From the NCBI GenBank assembly GCA_001788565.1, contig MGCX01000010.1:1-36518 (forward strand): a stretch of 36,518 nucleotides of DNA, written 5' to 3'. Position numbers and translations under genes: made by a program. The notes beneath the pieces were generated by a model that saw only the letters and a program-made list of their open reading frames with translations, was not told the origin of the DNA and did not search any database. Positions 28,154 to 36,431 of this stretch are shown piece after piece. The DNA comes from Candidatus Saccharibacteria bacterium RIFCSPHIGHO2_12_FULL_49_19 (GTDB lineage: Bacteria > Patescibacteriota > Saccharimonadia > Saccharimonadales > UBA10212). Each line of letters opens with the position of its first letter. Position 1 is the stretch's first letter.

Positions 28154-28159
28154 TGAGAC

Positions 28160-28576
28160 GTGCAGTACGAGACTTTAAAAGCAATACTCAAGAAGAACGG
28201 TTCATCACTTACCCATACCCGCCGTTATATTTTTGATCTTCTCTGGGGTCAGGGACCGCAAAGCATGGCCGTGCTGATATCCCGAGCCGGCGATAAAGTT
28301 GACCGGGCTACCATCTATCGAACGATCGAGCTATTTGAGCGGCTGGGTATAGTTACACGCATCAATGTTGGTTGGAAGTACCGGGTTGAGCTTTCTGACG
28401 TTTTCACTGACCATCATCATCACTTACACTGCACCAACTGCGGTAAAGTGATCGATCTGCCATCGAATCCAATGCTGGAAACCATGATTGATACTCTAAG
28501 CGCCAAAGCCGATTTTTCGCCCCGCGGTCACACCCTGGAAATCTTCGGGCTTTGCCCGGCCTGCAGTCGGGCCTAG
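28160..28576 (+). CDS. Fur family transcriptional regulator (probably Zur)
   Basis: ATIYRTI, HHHHLHCTNCG, C-terminal CPAC; divergent from ZIP. Confidence 0.93.
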   Translation: MQYETLKAILKKNGSSLTHTRRYIFDLLWGQGPQSMAVLISRAGDKVDRATIYRTIELFERLGIVTRINVGWKYRVELSDVFTDHHHHLHCTNCGKVIDLPSNPMLETMIDTLSAKADFSPRGHTLEIFGLCPACSRA

Positions 28577-30018
28577 CCCATACTCATCGCGTCTTTAGCG
28601 TCTACCTTTTTATTTTTAACTACCACCAAGACTACCACAAAAGCTAATAGGGCCAATCCCACTCCGACTTTCAAACCAGCCTGATAGCCGTCAACCTGCG
28701 CCGCCAGCTGTTGGGTTCCGGAGGCCACTTCAGTCCTAATGGTTGAGAAAGCCACCGCTGATAGAATCGCTAGGCCGATGGCTCCGCCAACCTGTTGGGA
28801 GGTATTAAGGACACCGGAAGCTAGTCCCGAGAAGTGCTTGGGCACGCCTGAGGTAGCCGCCAAGGTACCGGAAACGAAGGTCAAACCCATACCGCAAGCC
28901 GCAATGGCCAGCCCCGGAAAGACGTTATGCCAATAATCACCGCCGACTTCCATAGTTTGGTCAATAGTGAATAGCCCAATCGCCAGTACGAATGGTCCCA
29001 AGGCCAGCGGCGGTTTGTAGCCAATTTTTGCAACTAAGTTAGCTACGATACCGGAAATCACCGCGATTATGAAGGTAACCGGCAAAAAGCTGAGCCCGGT
29101 CTTTACCGGCGAATACCCCAATACTGTTTGTATATATAGGGTTAGAAAGAAGAACATCGAGAACATCGTGCAGGCGATTACCAAAAAGGCGGCATTTCCA
29201 CCCGAGACATTGCGGTTTTTAAAGAGACTTAGTGACATCAATGGTTGCTTGACCCGGCCTTCGTTCCAGACAAAAAAAGCTACCAACAACAGGCCAGTGA
29301 CGATAAATCCCCAGACTGTCGCTGAGTCCCAGCCCGAAACCGGAGCTCTGGATACTCCGTAGACAAAGGACATCAGACCGGTCGTGGCCAGCACCGCACC
29401 GGGGAGATCGAGCTTGAGTTTCTTATGCTCTTCACCAATGTGTTTAGGCAGCAAATAATAACCAATGCCCAATACAGCAATACCGACTGGAACGTTAACA
29501 AAGAAGTTCCAGCGCCAGTCAAGATACTGAGTCAATATCCCACCCAGCAGCACACCGGCTGCCGCTCCCCCGGAAGCAACCGCCGCCCAGACACCCATGG
29601 CAGCGTTTCGTTCTTTGCCTTCCTTGAACTCGGCTAGAACGATTGATAGCGCAGCTGGTGACATGAAGGCCGCGGCCAACCCCTGGAAAGCCCGGGCAAT
29701 GATTAGCTGAGTATCAGTGGCCGCCAGACCGCAAAGTAGACTCATCAGAGTAAACAAAGCCACCCCGGCCAAGAAGATGTTACGACGGCCATAAAGATCC
29801 GAGGCTCGTCCGCCCAGTAGTAAGAAACCCCCGAAAGTCAAAGTATAAGCAGTTATCACCCACTGCAGATCATTGCCGGCAAAATGAAGATCTCTGGCGA
29901 TCGAAGGAAGCGCCACGTTGACGATAGCGATGTCGAGTACCACCATAAACTGGGCTACGGCTAGAAGCGCCAAAATTGCCCACTTATTTTCTGAATGTTT
30001 AGCTATCGCTTTAACCAC
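28573..30018 (-). CDS. DHA2 (EmrB/QacA-like) MFS transporter
   Basis: LDIAIVNVALP, WVITAY, GGRASDLYGRR, WRWNFFVNVP; GTG 30018 after SD AAGGAG. Confidence 0.93.
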   Translation of the reverse strand: MVKAIAKHSENKWAILALLAVAQFMVVLDIAIVNVALPSIARDLHFAGNDLQWVITAYTLTFGGFLLLGGRASDLYGRRNIFLAGVALFTLMSLLCGLAATDTQLIIARAFQGLAAAFMSPAALSIVLAEFKEGKERNAAMGVWAAVASGGAAAGVLLGGILTQYLDWRWNFFVNVPVGIAVLGIGYYLLPKHIGEEHKKLKLDLPGAVLATTGLMSFVYGVSRAPVSGWDSATVWGFIVTGLLLVAFFVWNEGRVKQPLMSLSLFKNRNVSGGNAAFLVIACTMFSMFFFLTLYIQTVLGYSPVKTGLSFLPVTFIIAVISGIVANLVAKIGYKPPLALGPFVLAIGLFTIDQTMEVGGDYWHNVFPGLAIAACGMGLTFVSGTLAATSGVPKHFSGLASGVLNTSQQVGGAIGLAILSAVAFSTIRTEVASGTQQLAAQVDGYQAGLKVGVGLALLAFVVVLVVVKNKKVDAKDAMSMG

Positions 30019-30051
30019 AAGCGTCTCCTTCCCCGAAATTACATGGGCCCG

Positions 30052-30093
30052 ATTATACACAAGTTGCCCCCTGGGGCAAAACCCAACTATACT
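30052..30093. promoter_or_regulatory. Divergent promoters with 16-bp palindromic operator
   Basis: TTGCCCC-CT-GGGGCAA (30064-79); TATAAT on minus (30052-57); TATACT on plus (30088-93). Confidence 0.65.
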
Positions 30094-30101
30094 ATTAGCT
30101 G

Positions 30102-31325
30102 ATGGATCCTTTAACAAAAACCACTATTGACACTCTAGATAATCCGGGGAAACAAAAAGTCTTGGTACTGGGTGGCGGTTTTGGGGGAATTAAAGCAGCT
30201 CTAGAGCTAGCTGGGCGTTCCAAATTTGAGGTTACACTGATCTCCGATCAAACTAATTTCCGTTACTATCCGATGCTTTATCGTACTGCCACCGGCGGCA
30301 GTCGGGCAGCTTCTCAAATTCCGCTTCGGGAAATCTTTGGCGACAAAGAGATAAAGCTGGTTCACGACAGCGCCAAGACATTGGACCGAGCTAAAAAACA
30401 AGTAAAAGGAGCTTCCGATAAATCATATACTTACGATGTGCTGATCGTGGCGCTCGGCTCGGTAACCAATTACTTTGGAATTAAGGGACTTCGTGAACAC
30501 GCCTTTGGTATCAAGTCTAACGAGGAAGCTCAAGAGCTTCGCGACCACCTCCATAAGCAGTTGCTTGACGAGAATAAGCCTGATCTCAACTATGTGGTAA
30601 TCGGCGGCGGAGCAACCGGAGTTGAGCTGGCCGGAGTCTTGCCGGGCTACCTCAAGTACATCATGAAGCGGCACAACCTACCGAAAAGACCCTGCAATGT
30701 TGACATCGTGGAGGCTGAAAAACGCCTGATGCCTCGGATGGGCGAGAAGTACTCGGCTCGGATAGCCAAACGGCTGCAAAAGCTGGGTGTCAAACTTTAT
30801 CTCGGCCAAAAGGTCTTAGCCGAGACTGCCAGCGAGCTTAAGCTAAGTGGGCGCATCCTGGAAAGCGAAACTGTTGTTTGGACTGCCGGCGTAATCACCA
30901 ATCCATTCATCGCCGCCAATGGTTTTACACTCAGCGAACATGGTAAAGCAACTGTCGATGAGTATCTCCGTGCCGGGGAAGATATCTTTGTCATAGGCGA
31001 TAACGCCGACAGCCAATATTCCGGCATGGCTCAAACGGCCCTATATGACGGAATCTACGTAGCCGGCTATTTAAAGAAACGGGCCGCCGGTAAAGAACCA
31101 AAAGCTTATGAGCCCAAACGACCGATTTACGTAACACCTGTCGGGCCGCAATGGGCGGCCGTTTCCTGGGGAAAAAGAGAGTTCTTTGGCTTTATCGGTT
31201 GGCTGATGCGACGCCTCGCGGATCTTCGGGCCTATCATGATTATCAGCCCTGGTGGAAGGCTTCTAAACATTGGATGGCCTTTACCGAGGGTGAGGAGAG
31301 CTGTCCGATCTGCAGCAAGAAGTAG
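30102..31325 (+). CDS. ndh: Type II NADH dehydrogenase-like FAD oxidoreductase
   Basis: VLGGGFGG, YDVLIVALGS, GGGATGVELAG, WTAGV, FVIGD; C-terminal CPIC. Confidence 0.85.
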   Translation: MDPLTKTTIDTLDNPGKQKVLVLGGGFGGIKAALELAGRSKFEVTLISDQTNFRYYPMLYRTATGGSRAASQIPLREIFGDKEIKLVHDSAKTLDRAKKQVKGASDKSYTYDVLIVALGSVTNYFGIKGLREHAFGIKSNEEAQELRDHLHKQLLDENKPDLNYVVIGGGATGVELAGVLPGYLKYIMKRHNLPKRPCNVDIVEAEKRLMPRMGEKYSARIAKRLQKLGVKLYLGQKVLAETASELKLSGRILESETVVWTAGVITNPFIAANGFTLSEHGKATVDEYLRAGEDIFVIGDNADSQYSGMAQTALYDGIYVAGYLKKRAAGKEPKAYEPKRPIYVTPVGPQWAAVSWGKREFFGFIGWLMRRLADLRAYHDYQPWWKASKHWMAFTEGEESCPICSKK

Positions 31326-31333
31326 AGAAGAGC

Positions 31334-33160
31334 TTACCAGCCTCCACCACCGCCTCCTCCGCCGCCGCCTCCGGCGCCTCCGCCGGAGAAGCCGCCGCCG
31401 CCGGAGCTGCTGGGCGAAGTGAAGGTTTGTGATGACGCTGATGAAAAACTATTCAGTGATGAGCCTATATAAGCAGCGTTAAAGGCGGTGACGTGCCCAT
31501 CGTACCAACCCGGCGAGGATGAATAGATCCCCTCAAACTGTTTTCCCCACTGCTTTTCTAAACCAAACAACATGGCATAAGGCAGCAAGCTTTCAAACAA
31601 CTTGACTCTCATTTTGGGACTATTCGGATCATAGGAACCATTTTTAATTTTTTCGGCGCCTTCCGGACTTTGACCAAATTTTAATCTGTCGGCTTCAGCT
31701 AGCTTAATATAGTCTTTTAAGCCCAGCAGGGCATCATGAGCCTCTACTCCGGCAGCAGATCGAGCCGGCATAAAGTAAGAGAAGATTAGCATTACCAAAC
31801 CCGCTAAAAGAAGACCGATGCCCAGTGGGGCAATAAACGGCACGAACAGGCCGGCGAAACCGATGCCCAAAACCCCAGCCCCCCAATACACATAGCCGCG
31901 CTTCACTTTTTTGGGATCTTTAATAAAAAAACCTTGCTTGTGCATGCCGGCCGATAATTCATCTTCCAAGTCCTTCATCGCCTCAAAAACTGTGCGGCGC
32001 AGACTCGATGATTTTTTAATGTCGCTGATCTTAACCTTGGCTCCCGGCTCGGCAGCCGAGAAGATAGTTTCAACAACCTTTTTTTGCTCCTTGGAAAGAC
32101 CGTCTGGCGCCTTGACCAGCTCCAGCTCATAATCGGTCTTGCCAAACAGACCCTTTTTAGGAATCTCGTGGATGTTGATATAACGAGCGATGGCCAGCTC
32201 TACTACGGCGGCGCTAAAGGCTTGATTGCGAAGCTTCTGAGATAGCAAAAAATCGCTAGTAAGGGTGTTGAAGTTCTTGGGCGGCTCATACTCGGCAATG
32301 ATGACACCGCGGCCCTTCGGGTCATCGCCAAATTTACGCCATCGTTTAAACATGAACCAAGAGGCTGACAACGGAGGTATAGCCACTGCGATAGCTGAAG
32401 CAATGAAGACGGCCTTCTTAAGGAATGCCTCACGGGCAATTTCCGGACCCGGAACAAAGGTCCCCGGCTCAAAGGCCAGTACGAACGTCAAGGTTTCATA
32501 AGCCTGCAGTGGATCCAAAGCATTCACTGCTACCACAGTCTCGGAACCATCCTTCAACTTCTCAATAGTACAGCGATCCTCGCCAGTTTGAGAAAATACT
32601 CCTGCGTAACATCTCATTCCATCTTTAAGGGTTGATTCCAATGCCGATTGAACGTGAATGCGAGCGGTGACACTAGAAAATACTTGCTGCCACTGATCGC
32701 CGTTGACATCCCAATAAAATTCGTCATGGGTTGGGAAGTTACGTACCACATTTCGTAAGCTATACCTGATGACATAGGTTTGCTGGCCATGCGCATACAC
32801 ACCTGGGTCGCCTATTTTAAGTACCAAATTATCATTTTGCTCATAGGTAGTGTACTGGTGGGCTAAACCACTTTCGTTTTTGATGCTTTCAATTGTCATA
32901 GAGACAGTGTGATCGTTATAAGTCTGAGGTATGGCCCGTAAGATTCCGTGATTCTGATCGATATCGGGAAATTCGGCGGTAATTTTTTCTATAACATTGA
33001 GAATAGAGGTCTTCTGCTCATCACGGGATAAGAAATAGTCAGCCTCAAAACTTCTGATCTTAAAATCATTGACGCCCTGCGCTGACAGCTGGGCTGGAAT
33101 CGCGCTCAAAATGACTAGTGCGAGCAAGCTAAAAACGATAAACTGCCTCAGCCATCTCAT
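31334..33160 (-). CDS. DUF2207 family membrane protein
   Basis: Signal-like N-terminus, HGILRAIP, DEFYWDVNG, LLPYAMLFG..WG, Gly-rich tail GGGGGGW; ATG 33160 lies 7 nt after TGaTAAAGT. Confidence 0.88.
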   Translation of the reverse strand: MRWLRQFIVFSLLALVILSAIPAQLSAQGVNDFKIRSFEADYFLSRDEQKTSILNVIEKITAEFPDIDQNHGILRAIPQTYNDHTVSMTIESIKNESGLAHQYTTYEQNDNLVLKIGDPGVYAHGQQTYVIRYSLRNVVRNFPTHDEFYWDVNGDQWQQVFSSVTARIHVQSALESTLKDGMRCYAGVFSQTGEDRCTIEKLKDGSETVVAVNALDPLQAYETLTFVLAFEPGTFVPGPEIAREAFLKKAVFIASAIAVAIPPLSASWFMFKRWRKFGDDPKGRGVIIAEYEPPKNFNTLTSDFLLSQKLRNQAFSAAVVELAIARYINIHEIPKKGLFGKTDYELELVKAPDGLSKEQKKVVETIFSAAEPGAKVKISDIKKSSSLRRTVFEAMKDLEDELSAGMHKQGFFIKDPKKVKRGYVYWGAGVLGIGFAGLFVPFIAPLGIGLLLAGLVMLIFSYFMPARSAAGVEAHDALLGLKDYIKLAEADRLKFGQSPEGAEKIKNGSYDPNSPKMRVKLFESLLPYAMLFGLEKQWGKQFEGIYSSSPGWYDGHVTAFNAAYIGSSLNSFSSASSQTFTSPSSSGGGGFSGGGAGGGGGGGGGGGW

Positions 33161-33209
33161 CTTCTTAACTTTATCATGGCTCCCCCAGGCAAGTGATAAA
33201 ATGAAAGAT

Positions 33210-33659
33210 ATGCTAAAGCTTGTCATCGCTGGCTTGATTATCTTAGTTCTTGGCGTCGGAGCAGCGTTTCTTATCACAAATATCGATTTCTCCGTACCAA
33301 CCACTTCAGACAAAACGGCTCAATCATCAGCCAGTGGCCAGCCTTCTCAAACACCCAGCCAATACGTTGACTACTATGACGGGGTTATTACCGCTACCGC
33401 CGGTCAAAAAGTCCTTTTCTTCTATGCCCCCTGGTGCCCGCAGTGCCGAGCCCTAGAGACTAGCATCAAAGCCGGCACTATTCCTTCTGGTGTGACCATT
33501 ATCAAGACTGATTATGATAGTATGCAGGGCTTGCGGCAGAAATACGGGGTTACTATTCAGACCACGTTGGTGAAGGTCAACGACGATGGCGACTTGGTAG
33601 AAAAATATGTCGCCTATGATGAACCGACCCTTCAATCAGTGATTGATAATCTCCTCTAG
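33210..33659 (+). CDS. Membrane-anchored thioredoxin-family protein
   Basis: N-terminal TM, FFYAPWCPQC, KYGVTIQTT; ATG 33210 lies 7 nt after TGaTAAAAT (alternative ATG 33201). Confidence 0.88.
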   Translation: MLKLVIAGLIILVLGVGAAFLITNIDFSVPTTSDKTAQSSASGQPSQTPSQYVDYYDGVITATAGQKVLFFYAPWCPQCRALETSIKAGTIPSGVTIIKTDYDSMQGLRQKYGVTIQTTLVKVNDDGDLVEKYVAYDEPTLQSVIDNLL

Positions 33660-33664
33660 GCGCC

Positions 33665-34402
33665 ATGCCGCTGATAATCATTTCTTTTCTGGCGGGAATG
33701 TTCACCATTTTAGCCCCTTGCATCCTGCCGCTTCTGCCGGTGGTGGTTGGCGGCACTGTTGCCCGAACAGGGGTCAATCCTAAAAGATCATGGCGCCGTC
33801 CATTAACCATTACCGCTGCTCTGGCTGCATCAATTATTATTTTCAGTTTGCTGCTCAAAGCCTCGACGGTTTTTTTAGGCATCCCGATACTAGTCTGGCA
33901 AGCCGTGGCCGGGATCATCATCATCCTATTTGGCATTAGTATGCTGTGGGCCACCGGGTGGGATCGACTGGCAACCAAGCTAGGACTAGCCGGCGCCGCC
34001 AATCACATAAACTCGCTAGCTCTTGCTAAGTCTGGTAGCGGTGGAGACGTCTTAATGGGCGCTTCGCTGGGTCCGGTTTTCAATAGCTGCAGTCCGACCT
34101 ACGCCATCATCATTGCCGCCATCTTGCCGGCTTCTTTCATCGAAGGCTTTATCTATCTAGCGGCCTATGCAATTGGTCTGTCGTTAATGCTGCTGCTAAT
34201 TGCCTATTTTGGCCAAGGTCTGGTCCGCAAACTGGGCTGGGCCACCGACCCTTCGGGCTGGTTCAGAAAAGCCATCGGTGCGATTTTTATTCTAGTTGGT
34301 GTGGCACTAGTCTTAGGCATTGATAAAGAAGTGCAGACTTACATCTTGGAAAATGGCTGGTATGACCCTATTTACAACCTCGAACAAAAATTCATGCTCT
34401 AA
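33665..34402 (+). CDS. CcdA/DsbD-beta family thiol-reductant transporter
   Basis: AGMFTILAPCILPLLP, FNSCSP, multiple TM segments. Confidence 0.9.
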   Translation: MPLIIISFLAGMFTILAPCILPLLPVVVGGTVARTGVNPKRSWRRPLTITAALAASIIIFSLLLKASTVFLGIPILVWQAVAGIIIILFGISMLWATGWDRLATKLGLAGAANHINSLALAKSGSGGDVLMGASLGPVFNSCSPTYAIIIAAILPASFIEGFIYLAAYAIGLSLMLLLIAYFGQGLVRKLGWATDPSGWFRKAIGAIFILVGVALVLGIDKEVQTYILENGWYDPIYNLEQKFML

Positions 34403-34406
34403 CTGT

Positions 34407-34583
34407 GCATTGCAAACGCCCCGACCTGCTCGTCGGCGCAGCCGCCAACTCCGCTGGTGTTTAAGCGCACTACTTCGTCAAATCCTCAGCTACTCGTTCA
34501 CAGTATCAAAGTAATACTGCTCACTCCGTTGCTCGGTTTTTCCTCGTATTGCATCTGCCTGCATTGCCCAGTCTTTGAAAAGC
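34407..34583. repeat. ERIC/RPE-like palindromic element
   Basis: Minus-strand core CGAGG...GAG-CAGTAT-loop-ATACTG-TGA...GACGAAG; degenerate ends GCATTGCAAACGC / GTCTTTGAAAAGC. Confidence 0.5.
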
Positions 34584-34613
34584 AAAAAAGAGGCTTTTGA
34601 GGGCCTCTTCTTT
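34584..34613. terminator. Intrinsic terminator (possibly bidirectional)
   Basis: aaaaAAGAGGC-ttttgagg-GCCTCTTcttt; T6 tail on the minus strand. Confidence 0.8.
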
Positions 34614-34664
34614 GTCGTAACAATGTCACCGAAGTGGATTGTTACTGACCACCTCACGATGGCT
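34584..34664 (-). ncRNA. Candidate small non-coding RNA (~80 nt)
   Basis: Own promoter, GNRA- and C(UUCG)G-capped hairpins, terminator, no credible ORF. Confidence 0.6.
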
Positions 34665-34670
34665 ACTCTC

Positions 34671-34700
34671 ATTTTATTCCCCACGGGAATCGATTGTCAA
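34671..34700 (-). promoter_or_regulatory. Sigma70 promoter with palindrome in spacer
   Basis: TTGACA-N18-TAAAAT; ATTCCC-cac-GGGAAT at 34676-34690. Confidence 0.7.
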
Positions 34701-34734
34701 ATGTTTATGCTTGGGGTAGATGTTGTAATTTTTT

Positions 34735-35361
34735 CTATACGATGTCAGCGTTGGACAGGAAGATGGTACTGATATCACCGTCAGCATTGAAGCTGAACGA
34801 GACGATATAGTTGTTGGCTGATTTACAGACAAGGGCGCCATCCGGGAAGTACTGTTTGTAATCCCCGGCTTGGTATTGATCTATGGTGGCTGCCTCTAAA
34901 TCACAGTTCCACGGATCGGTGCCGGCATTAATGTAGGCTAAATCAGCAATAGCCTGGGCTGGAGTCCTTTCGCCAAGACCTTCCGAGGCAGCGATAATGA
35001 CAATGACCTTACTGGCCATTAGCTGTTCCAGAGCAGCGTAATTACCTGACTTGACGGCGGCTTCGATGTTATCTAGATCTTCTTGAGTCGGCTTAGTGCT
35101 TGTCTCCTCGGCCGTAGCTTTTTCAAGATCACTTTTGAGCTTGGTGTTGCTAGCCTTTAGGGTGGTGATCTCAGCATTTAGCTTGTCTTGTTCCTTTTGA
35201 GCTTGACTGTCAGCGTAATACCAGCCGGCGGCAGCGGCTCCAACAATTAGCAATATTACTAATAACCACTTCAACATTTCTTTGCCTTTGCCAGATTTTT
35301 GTTTGGGCGGCAGGTGTTGTGGTATATCTGCCATTGGTTGGTGTGGTTGATCAGGTCCCAT
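34735..35361 (-). CDS. Membrane-anchored hypothetical protein with coiled coil
   Basis: Single TM, coiled coil, acidic C-terminal domain with two Cys; ATG 35361 after AAGGGGGA, TGcTACAAT at 35386-94. Confidence 0.8.
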   Translation of the reverse strand: MGPDQPHQPMADIPQHLPPKQKSGKGKEMLKWLLVILLIVGAAAAGWYYADSQAQKEQDKLNAEITTLKASNTKLKSDLEKATAEETSTKPTQEDLDNIEAAVKSGNYAALEQLMASKVIVIIAASEGLGERTPAQAIADLAYINAGTDPWNCDLEAATIDQYQAGDYKQYFPDGALVCKSANNYIVSFSFNADGDISTIFLSNADIV

Positions 35362-35411
35362 TTGTTCCCCCTTATGTTTAATCAAATTGTAGCATAAATT
35401 AGCCGGTGCTC

Positions 35412-36431
35412 TTAGCTGACAGCCAATAGCTTGTTGTGGCGCCGCGAGGCCTCAAAAGCCGTAGCGATTATCAAAATGCCAATTACCCCGGCTACCGCTT
35501 CGGGGATGTCAAATTTTATACCGGCCAGCAGTAACGTAGCCAGTGCCAAAATGGCATAGTGCGCACCGTGCACCAAGTAGCGGTATTCGCGCAACGTTCC
35601 TTCCCTTAGCAGCTGCAAGGTCATCGATCGTACGAACACCGCTCCGATGGCCAAGCCGGCGATTATCAGCACAATATCCTTGGTAATAGCAAAAGCGGCT
35701 ATTACCGAGTCAAAGCTAAACGAGGCATCTAAAAGTTCCAGATACAAGAATTGACTAAGGCCGTGTCGGTGGGTTCGGTGATCGCTTTTACTTTCCCGGC
35801 CTATTAATAATTGGGAAATTAGCTTTACGGCTAAAAACGTTGCCCCACCCAGTGCCCCAGCTAGAGCCAACTTCACATCGCCGGGAGCCAAAACGGTATA
35901 GATTATTGATACCGCGAACAAAGCTCCGACGACAGAAACCCACCACGGCTGGTTAAATTCACCGAGCGGAGCCTCCAGCCCGTTTAACCAGCGGACGGAG
36001 CGTTTCTCACCAAAAAAGCGCAGTCCCACCATCAACAAGAAGACTCCGCCGAAAGCGGCGATTACCGGATAGGCTTCTTCCAACTCGATAGCGTACTGCT
36101 CGGGATTATGCAGAGCTAAGTCCCAAACGTACGATAGTGACTCATCAATAGTAGTGGAAACCAATACCAAGGGCAGTATGGCCCGGACTAAGAAGACCGC
36201 CACTAAGATGCCGACCGTCAGAAAGACGATTCGCCAGAGTCGGCGCATGGTAGACAGCACTTGACTGTTAATCACGGCGTTCTCGAAGCTAAAGATAATC
36301 TCAATCAATGCCAGGGCCGTTACCGGCAGCAAGGCGTACCAGCCGCTAAAGGCGATGGAGCCGATGACTATGGCTACCGTAGCGGCAATGGCAAAATTAA
36401 ATGGCCCAAAGCCCTTGAATTTTTTGATCAT
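35412..36431 (-). CDS. DUF475 / TerC-like integral membrane protein
   Basis: EIIFSFENAVINS, FLYLELLDASFSFDSVIAAFAIT, GAVFVRSMT, YLVHGAHYAI; ATG 36431 preferred. Confidence 0.88.
   Translation of the reverse strand: MIKKFKGFGPFNFAIAATVAIVIGSIAFSGWYALLPVTALALIEIIFSFENAVINSQVLSTMRRLWRIVFLTVGILVAVFLVRAILPLVLVSTTIDESLSYVWDLALHNPEQYAIELEEAYPVIAAFGGVFLLMVGLRFFGEKRSVRWLNGLEAPLGEFNQPWWVSVVGALFAVSIIYTVLAPGDVKLALAGALGGATFLAVKLISQLLIGRESKSDHRTHRHGLSQFLYLELLDASFSFDSVIAAFAITKDIVLIIAGLAIGAVFVRSMTLQLLREGTLREYRYLVHGAHYAILALATLLLAGIKFDIPEAVAGVIGILIIATAFEASRRHNKLLAVS

Noticed and set aside
31337-31410. GCC/CCT-rich low-complexity tract
   Set aside because: Encodes the normal Gly-rich C-terminus of DUF2207 proteins
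441-34772. Numerous short ORFs antisense to or out of frame with recognised genes (e.g. 853-1260, 9929-10324, 13112-13486, 19472-19879, 33577-34002)
   Set aside because: They overlap well-supported genes and have no motifs or initiation signals; shadow ORFs
34490-34772. ORFs 34490-34684 (-) and 34575-34772 (+)
   Set aside because: They run through promoter, terminator and palindrome sequence without initiation signals; the non-coding reading explains the region better
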